Assembly: GCA_900554365.1 (NCBI GenBank)
Contig: USGY01000005.1
Location: forward strand, 3,720-67,719
Direction: 5' to 3'
DNA length: 64,000 nucleotides
Origin: an uncultured Clostridium sp.
GTDB lineage: Bacteria > Bacillota > Clostridia > TANB77 > CAG-508
The notes below the pieces were generated by a model. It was not told the origin of the DNA, searched no databases, and worked only from the letters and a program-made list of their open reading frames with translations. The position numbers and the translations under genes were made by a program. Shown here in pieces: positions 38,143 through 47,170 of this stretch (the first letter of the stretch is position 1; every line of letters begins with the position of its first letter).

Positions 38143-38811
38143 TCAGTCTTTTTTTGCTGTTATTAAATCTTGTTTATTAAATAATTCTAACAATTTAAAC
38201 TTGAATTGTATTTCTGCATTAGATTTATCGGAAACTAAAGCAAATTCTTCTTCTGACAAATTATTTTCTAGCATTTCTTTAGAATCTTCTGGGACGACAC
38301 CTGAGGATACATCAACAAAGCATAAAGGAGGAAACATAACACACCACCAGTTTTGACCTTTTGCTTCACCAATTTCTACTCTTAATGCATCATAATATCC
38401 TGATGGTAAAGAAATGTCTCCATAATGCTTGGTTGGAAATTCAAAATTGCCAATATTAATTTTTACATTATAAGAATAACCTTCATTTTTTATTGTTTCT
38501 AAAGCAATATTTTTAAAATCATTTTCATGTTTTTTTGCTATTTCTATTGCTTCAGATTTACTTTGTGCATTTTTACATATTTTATTCATATAAGAAAGTA
38601 AATTATCACGAACTTTATATTTTAAATTCTGATCTTCTTGTGAATCACTATTTGCAATAACGTGTAATCTAAAAACACTATTAGCAATATCTGTTGATAT
38701 GTTTTGTGCATAAGATACTGCACAAATTGTTGTATATATAAAAAGTAAGAATGTTAAAATAATAAACATTTTTATTTTTGAATTTTTAAATAAATTAAAT
38801 AATTTTTTCAT
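38143..38811 (-). CDS. spoIIR: Stage II sporulation protein R
   Basis: Signal/TM segment then VFRLHVIANSDSQEDQNLKYKVRD ... GQNWWCVMFPPLCF, the diagnostic SpoIIR motifs. Confidence 0.88.
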   Translation of the reverse strand: MKKLFNLFKNSKIKMFIILTFLLFIYTTICAVSYAQNISTDIANSVFRLHVIANSDSQEDQNLKYKVRDNLLSYMNKICKNAQSKSEAIEIAKKHENDFKNIALETIKNEGYSYNVKINIGNFEFPTKHYGDISLPSGYYDALRVEIGEAKGQNWWCVMFPPLCFVDVSSGVVPEDSKEMLENNLSEEEFALVSDKSNAEIQFKFKLLELFNKQDLITAKKD

Positions 38812-38934
38812 AGCATTTCCTCCAAAAAAACTTTTTTGTAAAAAACTTCTTTTAATTAATTATTTCCAACTTTAAAAAATTTATACATTGACGATTTTTG
38901 TCGGTAATTTTTTTGAAATATGTTTGAAATATTA

Positions 38935-38963
38935 TTGACATATTTGTAAAACAATGGTAAAAT
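38935..38963 (+). promoter_or_regulatory. Near-consensus promoter for the 39032 gene
   Basis: TTGACA (38935-38940), 17-nt spacer ending in TGg, TAAAAT (38958-38963). Confidence 0.55.
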
Positions 38964-39031
38964 TTACCAGTAAACAAAAAGCGGAGAAACCTTAAATCCG
39001 TATAACAAAAGATTGAAGGAGAGAAGTTTTT

Positions 39032-39505
39032 ATGGAAATTTTAACTAAAGAAAAAACTTGTGCATTTTATGCAAGTGATTATCATTTTGAAATGATAAGC
39101 TTACCGTTTATTGAAAAAAATATTGAAGAGAATAAAGAAATAATAATATTAACTGAAAATAATTTAGAAGATACAATAAAAACTTTAATGAAAAATATTA
39201 ATTTTAATAAAAATAAAAAAGAAAAAATAATTAAAATAAATTGGGAAAATAATGATTTAAATAAATTTAAAAAAATAAAAAAATGTGTAGAAAATAAAAA
39301 AGATATAATTATTTTTATAAAAGGAAAGGAAAATTATATAAAAAATATAAATAGTAATATTGAAAAATGGACAGAAAATTATAAAAAGGCTAGAATTATA
39401 GATTGTTATGATATAGAAGAGATTGGAAATAGAGTAGTTGATGTAATGAATAATTATAAAAATATCCTAAATACTACGGGAGAAACAAAAATAAAAAAAT
39501 TATAG
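39032..39505 (+). CDS. Hypothetical cytoplasmic protein (157 aa)
   Basis: GGAGAG RBS. The product is K/N/I-rich. The N-terminal CAFYASDYHFEMISLPFIEKNIEENKEIIIL only faintly resembles MEDS-type domains, so it is not assigned. Confidence 0.5.
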   Translation: MEILTKEKTCAFYASDYHFEMISLPFIEKNIEENKEIIILTENNLEDTIKTLMKNINFNKNKKEKIIKINWENNDLNKFKKIKKCVENKKDIIIFIKGKENYIKNINSNIEKWTENYKKARIIDCYDIEEIGNRVVDVMNNYKNILNTTGETKIKKL

Positions 39506-39569
39506 AAAAACATTGATATTTTTTTATAAATGGTATATAAATTAATAAAACATTAATTAAGGAGGATTT

Positions 39570-40820
39570 ATGGACGAAAGATTGAATAATATAAAAGCCA
39601 TTTTAAAAAAATATGATCAAGAACATTTATTAAATAATTTTGAAAAATTAGATGATATACATAAAGAAAAATTATTAGAAGAAATTGAAAATATTGATTT
39701 TGAACTTATGAATAGTTTATATGAAAAAACCAAAAAGGAAATATCAAATAATAAAGATGAAATAACACCTATTGAATATTTGGATAAGTTTAAATTAGGA
39801 GAAAAATATAAATATTATGAAGAACTTGGAAAAAAAGCTATAAAAGAAGGACAATTAGCAGTTGTTACTATGGCCGGAGGTCAAGGAACAAGATTAGGAC
39901 ATAATGGACCTAAAGGAACATATGATATTGGCTTAGATTCACATAAATCATTGTTTGAATTATTAAGTGACAGTATAAAGTCAGAAGGAAAAAAATACGG
40001 AGTTAATATTCCTTGGTTTATAATGACAAGTAGAGAAAATAATAAAGAAACTATAGAATTCTTTAAACAAAATAGAAATTTCGGGCATCAAAAAGATAAG
40101 GATTTATTCTTTTTTATTCAAGGTGAATTACCTATGATGGATACAGAAGGAAAAATTCTAATCGGAGAAGATGGTTTAATTAAATTAGCAGCAGATGGAC
40201 ATGGTGGAGTTTATGAATCACTTGTAAAAAACGGAATGACAGAAAAGATGAAAGAATTAGGGGTAAAATGGGTTTTTGTTGGAGGAGTAGATAATTGCTT
40301 GGCTAAAATGGTAGACCCTGTACTAATGGGAATTGCAATTGACCAAAAAGTTACTGTTGCATGTAAATCTGTTGTAAAGGTTAATCCACATGAAAGAGTA
40401 GGAGTATTTTGCAGAAGAAATGGAAAACCAGGAATTGTAGAATACACAGAAATAACAGATAAAATGGCAGAAGCAATAGATAAAGATGGTGAATTATTAT
40501 ATGGAGAAGCTAATATATTGGCACATTTATTTAGTGTGGATGCAATTGAAAGAATGGGAGCTGAACCTTTACCATATCATGTTGCATTTAAAAAAGCTAA
40601 ATATATTGATAAAGATGGAAATTTAGTAGAACCAGATTCACCAAATGCATATAAATTTGAAGCATTTTTATTTGATTCATTTAATGAAGTAGATGAAATG
40701 GCGATAATGAGAGTTAAAAGAGAAGAAGAGTTTGCACCTGTTAAAAATTCAGATTCAGCAGGAGTAGATTGTCCTAAAACTGCAAAAGAATTATACGAAA
40801 AATTTTATAAATTAAAATAA
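39570..40820 (+). CDS. UDP-sugar pyrophosphorylase (UDPGP/UAP1 family uridylyltransferase)
   Basis: VVTMAGGQGTRLGHNGPKGTYDIGL nucleotide-binding loop and the size typical of the family. Confidence 0.8.
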   Translation: MDERLNNIKAILKKYDQEHLLNNFEKLDDIHKEKLLEEIENIDFELMNSLYEKTKKEISNNKDEITPIEYLDKFKLGEKYKYYEELGKKAIKEGQLAVVTMAGGQGTRLGHNGPKGTYDIGLDSHKSLFELLSDSIKSEGKKYGVNIPWFIMTSRENNKETIEFFKQNRNFGHQKDKDLFFFIQGELPMMDTEGKILIGEDGLIKLAADGHGGVYESLVKNGMTEKMKELGVKWVFVGGVDNCLAKMVDPVLMGIAIDQKVTVACKSVVKVNPHERVGVFCRRNGKPGIVEYTEITDKMAEAIDKDGELLYGEANILAHLFSVDAIERMGAEPLPYHVAFKKAKYIDKDGNLVEPDSPNAYKFEAFLFDSFNEVDEMAIMRVKREEEFAPVKNSDSAGVDCPKTAKELYEKFYKLK

Positions 40821-40885
40821 AAAGAGGGCAACTATTAAGAATGTATTCTTATATAAGTTGCCTTTTATAAATGGAGGTAAAACAT

Positions 40886-42613
40886 ATGAATTATTTAGAA
40901 GTATACAAAAAATGGTGCGAAAGCCCAGAATTTGATGAAGAAACAAAAAAAGAATTATTAGCAATAAAAGATGATAAAAATGAAATTGAAGATAGATTTT
41001 ATAAGGAATTAGAATTTGGAACAGCAGGATTAAGAGGAGTTATAGGTGCAGGAACAAATAGAATGAATATATATACAGTTGGAAAAGCTACTCAAGGTCT
41101 TGCAAATTATATTCTTGAACAAGGAACTCAAGATCAAGGAGTTGCAATAAGTTATGATTCAAGAAGAATGTCAAAAGAGTTTAGTAGATTAACAGCATTA
41201 ATATTAAATGCTAATGGAATAAAAACATATTTATTTGAAAATTTAAGACCTGTTCCTGAATTATCATTTACTGTAAGAGAATTAAAATGTACAGCAGGTG
41301 TAATGATAACTGCAAGTCATAATCCACCAAAATATAATGGATATAAAGTTTATTGGAATGATGGTGCACAAATTGTTGAACCACGTGATAAAGAAATAAT
41401 CGAAAAAGTAAAAGCTGTAAAAGACTATTCTGAAATAAAGAAAATATCACAAAAAGAAGCAGAAGAAAAAGGATTATTTAATATAATAAAAGGCGAAATG
41501 GATGACAAATATATCAATGTTTTAAAAAGCAAAGTACTTAACCCAGAAATAGTTAAAGAAGAAGGGAAAAAACTAAAAATTGTATATACACCATTACATG
41601 GAACAGGAAATACAATAGTTGAAAGATTATTAAAAGAAATAGGGTTAAAAAATGTGTATGTTGTACCAGAACAAAAAGATCCTAATGGAGAATTCCCAAC
41701 AGTTAGTTATCCAAATCCTGAAGATAAAAATGCTTTTAAATTAGCTTTAGAATTAGCCCAAAAAGAAAATGCAGATGTTGTTCTAGCAAATGACCCAGAT
41801 GCAGATAGATTAGGAATATTTGCTAAAGATTCTAAAACAGGAAAATATATGGGCTATACAGGAAATATGTCAGCATTATTAATTGCTGAATATAGAATTT
41901 CTCAAATGAAAGAAAAAGGAATTTTACCTTCAAATGGTCTATTTGTAACAACAGTAGTTTCATCAGATTTAGCAAAAGCAATTGCAAAAGAATATAATTT
42001 AAAATGTGTTGAAGTATTAACAGGATTTAAAAATATTGGAAAAGCAATGCGCAAAGCAGAAGAAAAAGGAGAAAATCCATATGTATTTGGATTTGAAGAA
42101 AGTTATGGTTGCTTAATAGGTGATTATGCACGTGATAAAGATGGAATTTCAGCTGTTATGGCTTTATGCGAAGCTGCTTGTTATTATGCTTCAAAAGGAA
42201 AGACATTATGGGATGCAATGGAAGATATTTATAAAAAATATGGTTATTATAAAGAAACACAAGTTGCAATTGTTATGGAAGGTGCAGAAGGTGCAAAAAA
42301 AATAAAAAATATGATGACCCAAACAAGAAATACAGATGTAGAAAAAATTGGTGATTATAAGGTGTTAGAATTTAAGGACATTGAAAAAGATATAGTAAAA
42401 AATATTGAGACAGGAGAAATAACAAAAACAGGTTTACCAAAATCAAATGTATTATATTATGCATTAGAAAATAATAGTTGGTGTGCTGTAAGACCATCAG
42501 GTACAGAACCTAAAATCAAATTATATATGGGTGTAAAAGGAACATCAGATGAAGATGCAGAAAAGAAATTGGAAGGATTAAAAACAGCAATGGTTGATTT
42601 AGTAACTAAATAA
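40886..42613 (+). CDS. pgcA: Phosphoglucomutase/phosphomannomutase family phospho-sugar mutase
   Basis: Active-site TASHNPPKYNGYKVY and metal-binding NDPDADR. ATG 40886 follows GGAGG. The longest ORF starts at 40871. Confidence 0.9.
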   Translation: MNYLEVYKKWCESPEFDEETKKELLAIKDDKNEIEDRFYKELEFGTAGLRGVIGAGTNRMNIYTVGKATQGLANYILEQGTQDQGVAISYDSRRMSKEFSRLTALILNANGIKTYLFENLRPVPELSFTVRELKCTAGVMITASHNPPKYNGYKVYWNDGAQIVEPRDKEIIEKVKAVKDYSEIKKISQKEAEEKGLFNIIKGEMDDKYINVLKSKVLNPEIVKEEGKKLKIVYTPLHGTGNTIVERLLKEIGLKNVYVVPEQKDPNGEFPTVSYPNPEDKNAFKLALELAQKENADVVLANDPDADRLGIFAKDSKTGKYMGYTGNMSALLIAEYRISQMKEKGILPSNGLFVTTVVSSDLAKAIAKEYNLKCVEVLTGFKNIGKAMRKAEEKGENPYVFGFEESYGCLIGDYARDKDGISAVMALCEAACYYASKGKTLWDAMEDIYKKYGYYKETQVAIVMEGAEGAKKIKNMMTQTRNTDVEKIGDYKVLEFKDIEKDIVKNIETGEITKTGLPKSNVLYYALENNSWCAVRPSGTEPKIKLYMGVKGTSDEDAEKKLEGLKTAMVDLVTK

Positions 42614-42614
42614 C

Positions 42615-42827
42615 TGTGAAGAAGAAAGTACTAAATTATTATGGCTTAGAGATAATATGTCAACTATTGTATGTAATTGTTTAGAAAATTTCGGATTTGT
42701 TTTTGGAGCTTTTTTAGGGGTATATCCTTTAGCAGATGTTGTTATGATAGCTGTTTCTACAAGTATTTTGGAAATTATTATATCTATTTGTAGTACACCA
42801 TTTATCTATTTAGCTAAAAAAGTTTAA
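42615..42827 (+). pseudogene. 3'-terminal remnant of a YhhQ/VUT-family queuosine-precursor transporter gene
   Basis: An open frame with no credible start translates as ...KLLWLRDNMSTIVCNCLENFGFVFGAFLGVYPLADVVMIAVSTSILEIIISICSTPFIYLAKKV, with TAA at 42825-42827. This matches only the last ~70 aa of ~230-aa YhhQ proteins (LWLRN.STl.sq..D...F ... TPfiY). It begins 2 nt after the pgm stop. Confidence 0.6.
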
Positions 42828-42829
42828 GT

Positions 42830-42876
42830 AATAAATAAGCTATATTTTGTATAGTAATATAGCTTATTTATTTTTA
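42830..42876 (+). terminator. Strong rho-independent terminator
   Basis: Perfect 17-bp stem aataaataagctatatt / aatatagcttatttatt, then a T-run. Confidence 0.85.
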
Positions 42877-42915
42877 TTTTAAATTAACATACAGTTAAAA
42901 TTTCACAAAGATAGT

Positions 42916-42944
42916 TTGACTTTTTATATTTAAATTGGTATAAT
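42916..42944 (+). promoter_or_regulatory. Promoter for tRNA-Arg, possibly also tadA
   Basis: TTGACT (42916-42921), 17-nt spacer ending in TGg, TATAAT (42939-42944). The tRNA starts 12 nt downstream. Confidence 0.65.
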
Positions 42945-42955
42945 CAGTGTGTTAT

Positions 42956-43031
<76 letters not shown>

Positions 43032-43061
43032 ATATGACATATATAGAAAGTAAAAATAAAA

Positions 43062-43532
43062 ATGGAAAATGAAGAAAAATATATGCAAGAAGCATTAAAA
43101 GAGGCAAAAAAAGCATATAAAAAATTAGAAGTTCCAGTAGGAGCTATAATTGTAAAAAATGGTGAAATAATTGCTAAAGCACATAATTTAAAAGAAACTA
43201 AAAATGATACAACAAAACATGCTGAAATATTAGCAATTCAAAGGGCTAGTAAAAAATTAAAAAGCTGGAGATTATTAGATTGCGAAATGTATATAACATT
43301 AGAACCATGTTCAATGTGTGCCGGAGCAATAATAAATTCAAGAGTAAAAAAAATATATATAGGAGCATTAGACTATAAAACAGGAGCAGCAGGATCTGTT
43401 TTGAATTTATTTGAAGACTATAAATTTAATCATAAAGTAGAAGTAGAAAAAGGAATATTGCAAGAAGAGTGTGAAAATCTTTTAAAAAGTTTTTTTAAAG
43501 AATTAAGACAGAAAAAAAGAAAAAGTTTATAA
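43062..43532 (+). CDS. tadA: tRNA-specific adenosine-34 deaminase TadA
   Basis: Deaminase zinc motifs HAEILAI and TLEPCSMCAGAI, 156 aa. Confidence 0.92.
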   Translation: MENEEKYMQEALKEAKKAYKKLEVPVGAIIVKNGEIIAKAHNLKETKNDTTKHAEILAIQRASKKLKSWRLLDCEMYITLEPCSMCAGAIINSRVKKIYIGALDYKTGAAGSVLNLFEDYKFNHKVEVEKGILQEECENLLKSFFKELRQKKRKSL

Positions 43533-43564
43533 AGAAGGGAGAATGTCTTTTTAGGCAAACAAAT

Positions 43565-44320
43565 ATGAGAGATAATTTTAGACGATTGATAAACACTAAA
43601 GCATTTCATGTAGCAATGGTTATTACAATAATTGCAATAATTTTATTTGTGGTTGGAATTATTATTTTAAAATATCAAGTAGAGGGCGAAACTAATATGC
43701 CATTTTGTGTGACTAAAGTAGCATTAATAAGTTCTTCTGAAAGTATGGATAAAGACTCTGGAGAAAATAGATGGGCTTTTGATATAAATCAAAATAATGA
43801 CATATATATTTATATAGAAAAAAATAAAAATTACACATCAAAAGAAATAATAAAAAGTGTAACTATAGATAATATAAAAGTAGAAAAAGAAAAAGAATTA
43901 GGAAAAATTAATTTTTATAGACCAAATATTTCAGATCAAGGTGGGACTTTTAGTAATACAGAGGAAAACTTGATTCAAACAATAAAATATGATGGTGATA
44001 TGGAATCAAATTTAAAAAGTTTAAAAATTGCTAATCAAGGTGGAATAATCGCTTTTAGATATGCAAATGATAAAATAGCTGAATATACATCAAATGAAGA
44101 AGAAATAAATCATAATGAATTATTAAAAAAATCTAATATTAAAGAAGAAGATTTAAAAGCTAAAATTAATTTTGATTTAACAATAGAAACTGTATCAGGT
44201 AAAGAATATAAAGCAAATTTATCTTTTGAATTACCTATTCAGGGAGTTGTTGATAAAGGAATTTCTTCAACAGAGATAACTGATTTTAAAGATGTAATTT
44301 TTAAGAGAACGAAAAATTAA
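43565..44320 (+). CDS. Hypothetical bitopic membrane protein (251 aa)
   Basis: One N-terminal TM helix (AFHVAMVITIIAIILFVVGIIIL) followed by a soluble domain. No family recognised. Confidence 0.55.
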   Translation: MRDNFRRLINTKAFHVAMVITIIAIILFVVGIIILKYQVEGETNMPFCVTKVALISSSESMDKDSGENRWAFDINQNNDIYIYIEKNKNYTSKEIIKSVTIDNIKVEKEKELGKINFYRPNISDQGGTFSNTEENLIQTIKYDGDMESNLKSLKIANQGGIIAFRYANDKIAEYTSNEEEINHNELLKKSNIKEEDLKAKINFDLTIETVSGKEYKANLSFELPIQGVVDKGISSTEITDFKDVIFKRTKN

Positions 44321-44328
44321 TTTTTTAC

Positions 44329-44357
44329 TTGATTAATATTAGTTTTCATTATATAAT
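44329..44357 (+). promoter_or_regulatory. Promoter for the SRP RNA
   Basis: TTGATT (44329-44334), 17-nt spacer, TATAAT (44352-44357). Confidence 0.6.
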
Positions 44358-44363
44358 ACAGAT

Positions 44364-44500
44364 GGTATGTATTTAATCTTTGTATGGAGAGTAAACCAAT
44401 AAAGACCTATGAATCTTGTCAGGTCCGGAAGGAAGCAGCAATAAGTAGTTTATCTTTATGTGGGGTACTTTCCATAGAGAGATTAGATACCTACCATTTT
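44364..44500 (+). ncRNA. ffs: Signal recognition particle RNA (small, hairpin-type 4.5S-like)
   Basis: Contains the universal domain IV sequence gtcaggtccggaaggaagcagc (44418-44439). The 5' arm ggtatgtatttaatctttgtatggagagta pairs with the 3' arm tactttccatagagagattagatacc. It ends in a T-run. It lies upstream of dnaX, matching the conserved Firmicute ffs-dnaX-ybaB-recR synteny. Ends are approximate. Confidence 0.8.
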
Positions 44501-44525
44501 TTAAGATATAAAGGATGTGAATAAA

Positions 44526-46145
44526 ATGGGGTACACAGCGCTTTATAGAAAATTTAGACCAATGACATTTTCAGAAATTGTTGGTCAAGAACATATTACA
44601 AAAACTCTGAAAAATCAAATTATGGCAGGTAGAGTTGGACATGCATATTTATTTAATGGTGGAAGAGGAACAGGAAAGACATCTGCTGCAAAAATTCTAG
44701 CAAGAGCAATAAACTGTTTAAATCCTAAAGATGGAGAGCCATGTAATGAATGTGAAATTTGTAAAGCTGCTATAAATGGTTCTTTAACAGATATTGTTGA
44801 AATGGATGCTGCTTCAAATAATAGCGTTGAGGATATTAGAAGTATTCGAGAAGAGGTGAATTTTTTACCTACTAAAGCTAAATATAGGGTTTATATTATA
44901 GATGAGGTACATATGTTATCAACAGGTGCTTTTAATGCATTATTAAAGACATTAGAAGAACCACCTGAACATGTAAAATTTATTTTAGCAACAACAGAAC
45001 CACAAAAATTACTTGCAACAATTTTATCAAGATGCCAAAGATTTGACTTTAAAAGAATTTCAAATGAAAACATAATAAAAAGGCTAAGATTTGTTTGTGA
45101 AAAAAGTAATATAGAAATTACTGATGGAGCATTAAATATTATAGCAGTTTTGTCAGAAGGTGCAATGAGGGATGCCCTTTCAATTCTTGAAAGATGTATT
45201 CAAGATGGAGAAAATAAAATTGATGAAGATAAAATAAAAGATTTAGTTGGAATTCCAAAGACTACATATGTTCATAATATTATGGATAGTTTATTTAAAT
45301 ATGATGTTGATAATACTTTAAAAAATATTGATGTTGTATTAGATGAAGGAAAAGACATAAATAATTTGCTATGGGAAATGATAAAATATACTAAGGATTT
45401 GCTTATATATAAAGCATCACAAAAATTAGATATTTATAGTGAAGACGAAATAAATAAAATAAAAGAAATTTCTGAACAAGTATCTAAAGAAGATTTAATT
45501 AATATGGTATATCAATTATCAGAATTAGAAAATGATATTAAATGGTCAACTCAAAAGACTATAATTTTCCAAGCTGGAATGATTAAATTATGTAATAAGC
45601 AGGCTAATGAAAATAAAGGGCTTGAGGAAAGAGTTGAAAAAATTGAAAAATATTTAAAATCAGGAAAAGCAAATATGATGTCAAATGGAATTATGCAAAC
45701 ACAAAGAGTTCAATCAGCACCAACAAGTTTTGGACCAAGAACTATGCAACAACCAGTATCTAGAAAGCAGCCAAATGCTATTAAAAAGCCAATTACAAGG
45801 AATTATTCTAAAAATTCAAATGAATATTGGCCTGAGATTTTAACAGATTTAAAGCAAAGTGGAAAAATAGTTTTATATACAAATTTAATGAATACTAAAG
45901 CTAAAGAATTGAATGATATGACAGTTGGAATTGAATTTCCAGGAGGAATGTCTTCTTTTGGAAAAACAATATTAGAAAAGCCAGAAAATATTAGAGAAAT
46001 TTCTAAAATGGTATCTATAGCATGTGGTAAACCAATGGAAATAAAATATTTATCACAAAATAATCAAGTAAATCAGATGACTCAAGAAGAAAATTTACAA
46101 CAATTTGCGAATGATTCGGATATACCTTTTAATATAATAGATTAA
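44526..46145 (+). CDS. dnaX: DNA polymerase III subunit gamma/tau
   Basis: MGYTALYRKFRPMTFSEIVGQEH, Walker A GGRGTGKTS, the Zn module CNECEIC and the SRC motif (LSRCQRF). The track start at 44517 is a GTG too close to the RBS, so ATG 44526 is preferred. Confidence 0.93.
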   Translation: MGYTALYRKFRPMTFSEIVGQEHITKTLKNQIMAGRVGHAYLFNGGRGTGKTSAAKILARAINCLNPKDGEPCNECEICKAAINGSLTDIVEMDAASNNSVEDIRSIREEVNFLPTKAKYRVYIIDEVHMLSTGAFNALLKTLEEPPEHVKFILATTEPQKLLATILSRCQRFDFKRISNENIIKRLRFVCEKSNIEITDGALNIIAVLSEGAMRDALSILERCIQDGENKIDEDKIKDLVGIPKTTYVHNIMDSLFKYDVDNTLKNIDVVLDEGKDINNLLWEMIKYTKDLLIYKASQKLDIYSEDEINKIKEISEQVSKEDLINMVYQLSELENDIKWSTQKTIIFQAGMIKLCNKQANENKGLEERVEKIEKYLKSGKANMMSNGIMQTQRVQSAPTSFGPRTMQQPVSRKQPNAIKKPITRNYSKNSNEYWPEILTDLKQSGKIVLYTNLMNTKAKELNDMTVGIEFPGGMSSFGKTILEKPENIREISKMVSIACGKPMEIKYLSQNNQVNQMTQEENLQQFANDSDIPFNIID

Positions 46146-46161
46146 ATAAGGAGGAATTAAA

Positions 46162-46506
46162 ATGTCAAAAAGAGGTGGATTCCCAGGAATGGGCGGATTC
46201 GGAGGAATGAATCTAAATAATTTAATGAAAGAAGCTAAAAAAATGCAAGCAGATATGGAAAAATCTCAAGCAGAACTATCAACAAAAGAATTTGAAGCTT
46301 CAGCAGGTGGAGGAGCTGTAAATGTAAAAGTTACAGGAGATAAAACAATTAAAGAAATAAAAATAAAACCAGAAGTTGTTGACCCAGATGATGTTGAAAT
46401 GTTAGAAGATTTAATTTTAACATGTGTTAATGAGGCTTTAAGACAAGTTGATTCAGCACAAGCTGCATCACTTGGTAAGTACAATATTCCTGGATTAGGA
46501 TTATAG
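46162..46506 (+). CDS. ybaB: Nucleoid-associated protein YbaB/EbfC
   Basis: 114 aa with [23 protein letters not shown]. It sits between dnaX and recR. Confidence 0.9.
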   Translation: MSKRGGFPGMGGFGGMNLNNLMKEAKKMQADMEKSQAELSTKEFEASAGGGAVNVKVTGDKTIKEIKIKPEVVDPDDVEMLEDLILTCVNEALRQVDSAQAASLGKYNIPGLGL

Positions 46507-46537
46507 TATTTATGAACTTAGTTGGAGGAAAAATAAA

Positions 46538-47137
46538 ATGTCATTATATTCACCATCAATAGAAAAATTAATAGAGAGCTTTGAAAGATTACCAAGTATA
46601 GGACATAAAACTGCAGCAAGATTGGCTTTTTATATATTAAATTGTTCAGAGGAAGAAACAAATGAATTTATTACTGCAATAACAAATGCAAAAAAGAATT
46701 TAAAATATTGTAGTAAATGTTTTAATATATCAGATACTGATCCTTGTTCTATTTGCAGTAACCCTAAAAGAGATCAAAGTATTATATGTGTGGTAGAAGA
46801 TGTAAGAGATATAATTGCAATGGAGAAAACACATGAATTTAAAGGTGTATACCATGTTTTACATGGATCAATTTCGCCAATGAATGGTGTTGGACCAGAT
46901 GATATAAAAATAAAAGAATTGTTAGCACGTTTAATGGATGGAGAAGTAAAAGAGGTAATTTTAGCAACGAATCCTAGGGTAGAAGGAGAAGCCACTGCTA
47001 TGTATTTATCAAAACTTATTAAACCATTAGGGGTAAAAGTAACAAGAATTGCTCATGGTATTCCTGTTGGTGGAGACTTAGAATATACAGATGAAATTAC
47101 ATTAACTAAGGCTTTAGAAGGAAGAAGAGAAATATAA
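46538..47137 (+). CDS. recR: Recombination protein RecR
   Basis: [24 protein letters not shown] (HhH), the Cys4 zinc finger [16 protein letters not shown] and a Toprim domain. Confidence 0.95.
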   Translation: MSLYSPSIEKLIESFERLPSIGHKTAARLAFYILNCSEEETNEFITAITNAKKNLKYCSKCFNISDTDPCSICSNPKRDQSIICVVEDVRDIIAMEKTHEFKGVYHVLHGSISPMNGVGPDDIKIKELLARLMDGEVKEVILATNPRVEGEATAMYLSKLIKPLGVKVTRIAHGIPVGGDLEYTDEITLTKALEGRREI

Positions 47138-47170
47138 AGAAGGGATTTTTTAGATCCCTTCTTTATTTTT
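47136..47170. terminator. Bidirectional terminator between recR and the convergent glycosyltransferase gene
   Basis: 11-bp stem aaagaagggat / atcccttcttt, followed by a T-run. Confidence 0.7.

Noticed and set aside
42120-42305. 61-aa alternative-frame ORF inside the phosphoglucomutase gene
   Set aside because: It lies fully within a well-supported CDS in another frame, with no RBS. It is a chance ORF.
44526-46145. Programmed -1 frameshift site in dnaX producing a gamma subunit
   Set aside because: I did not find an A-AAA-AAG slippery heptamer followed by a stable hairpin in the appropriate region. Firmicute dnaX genes generally do not use this mechanism.
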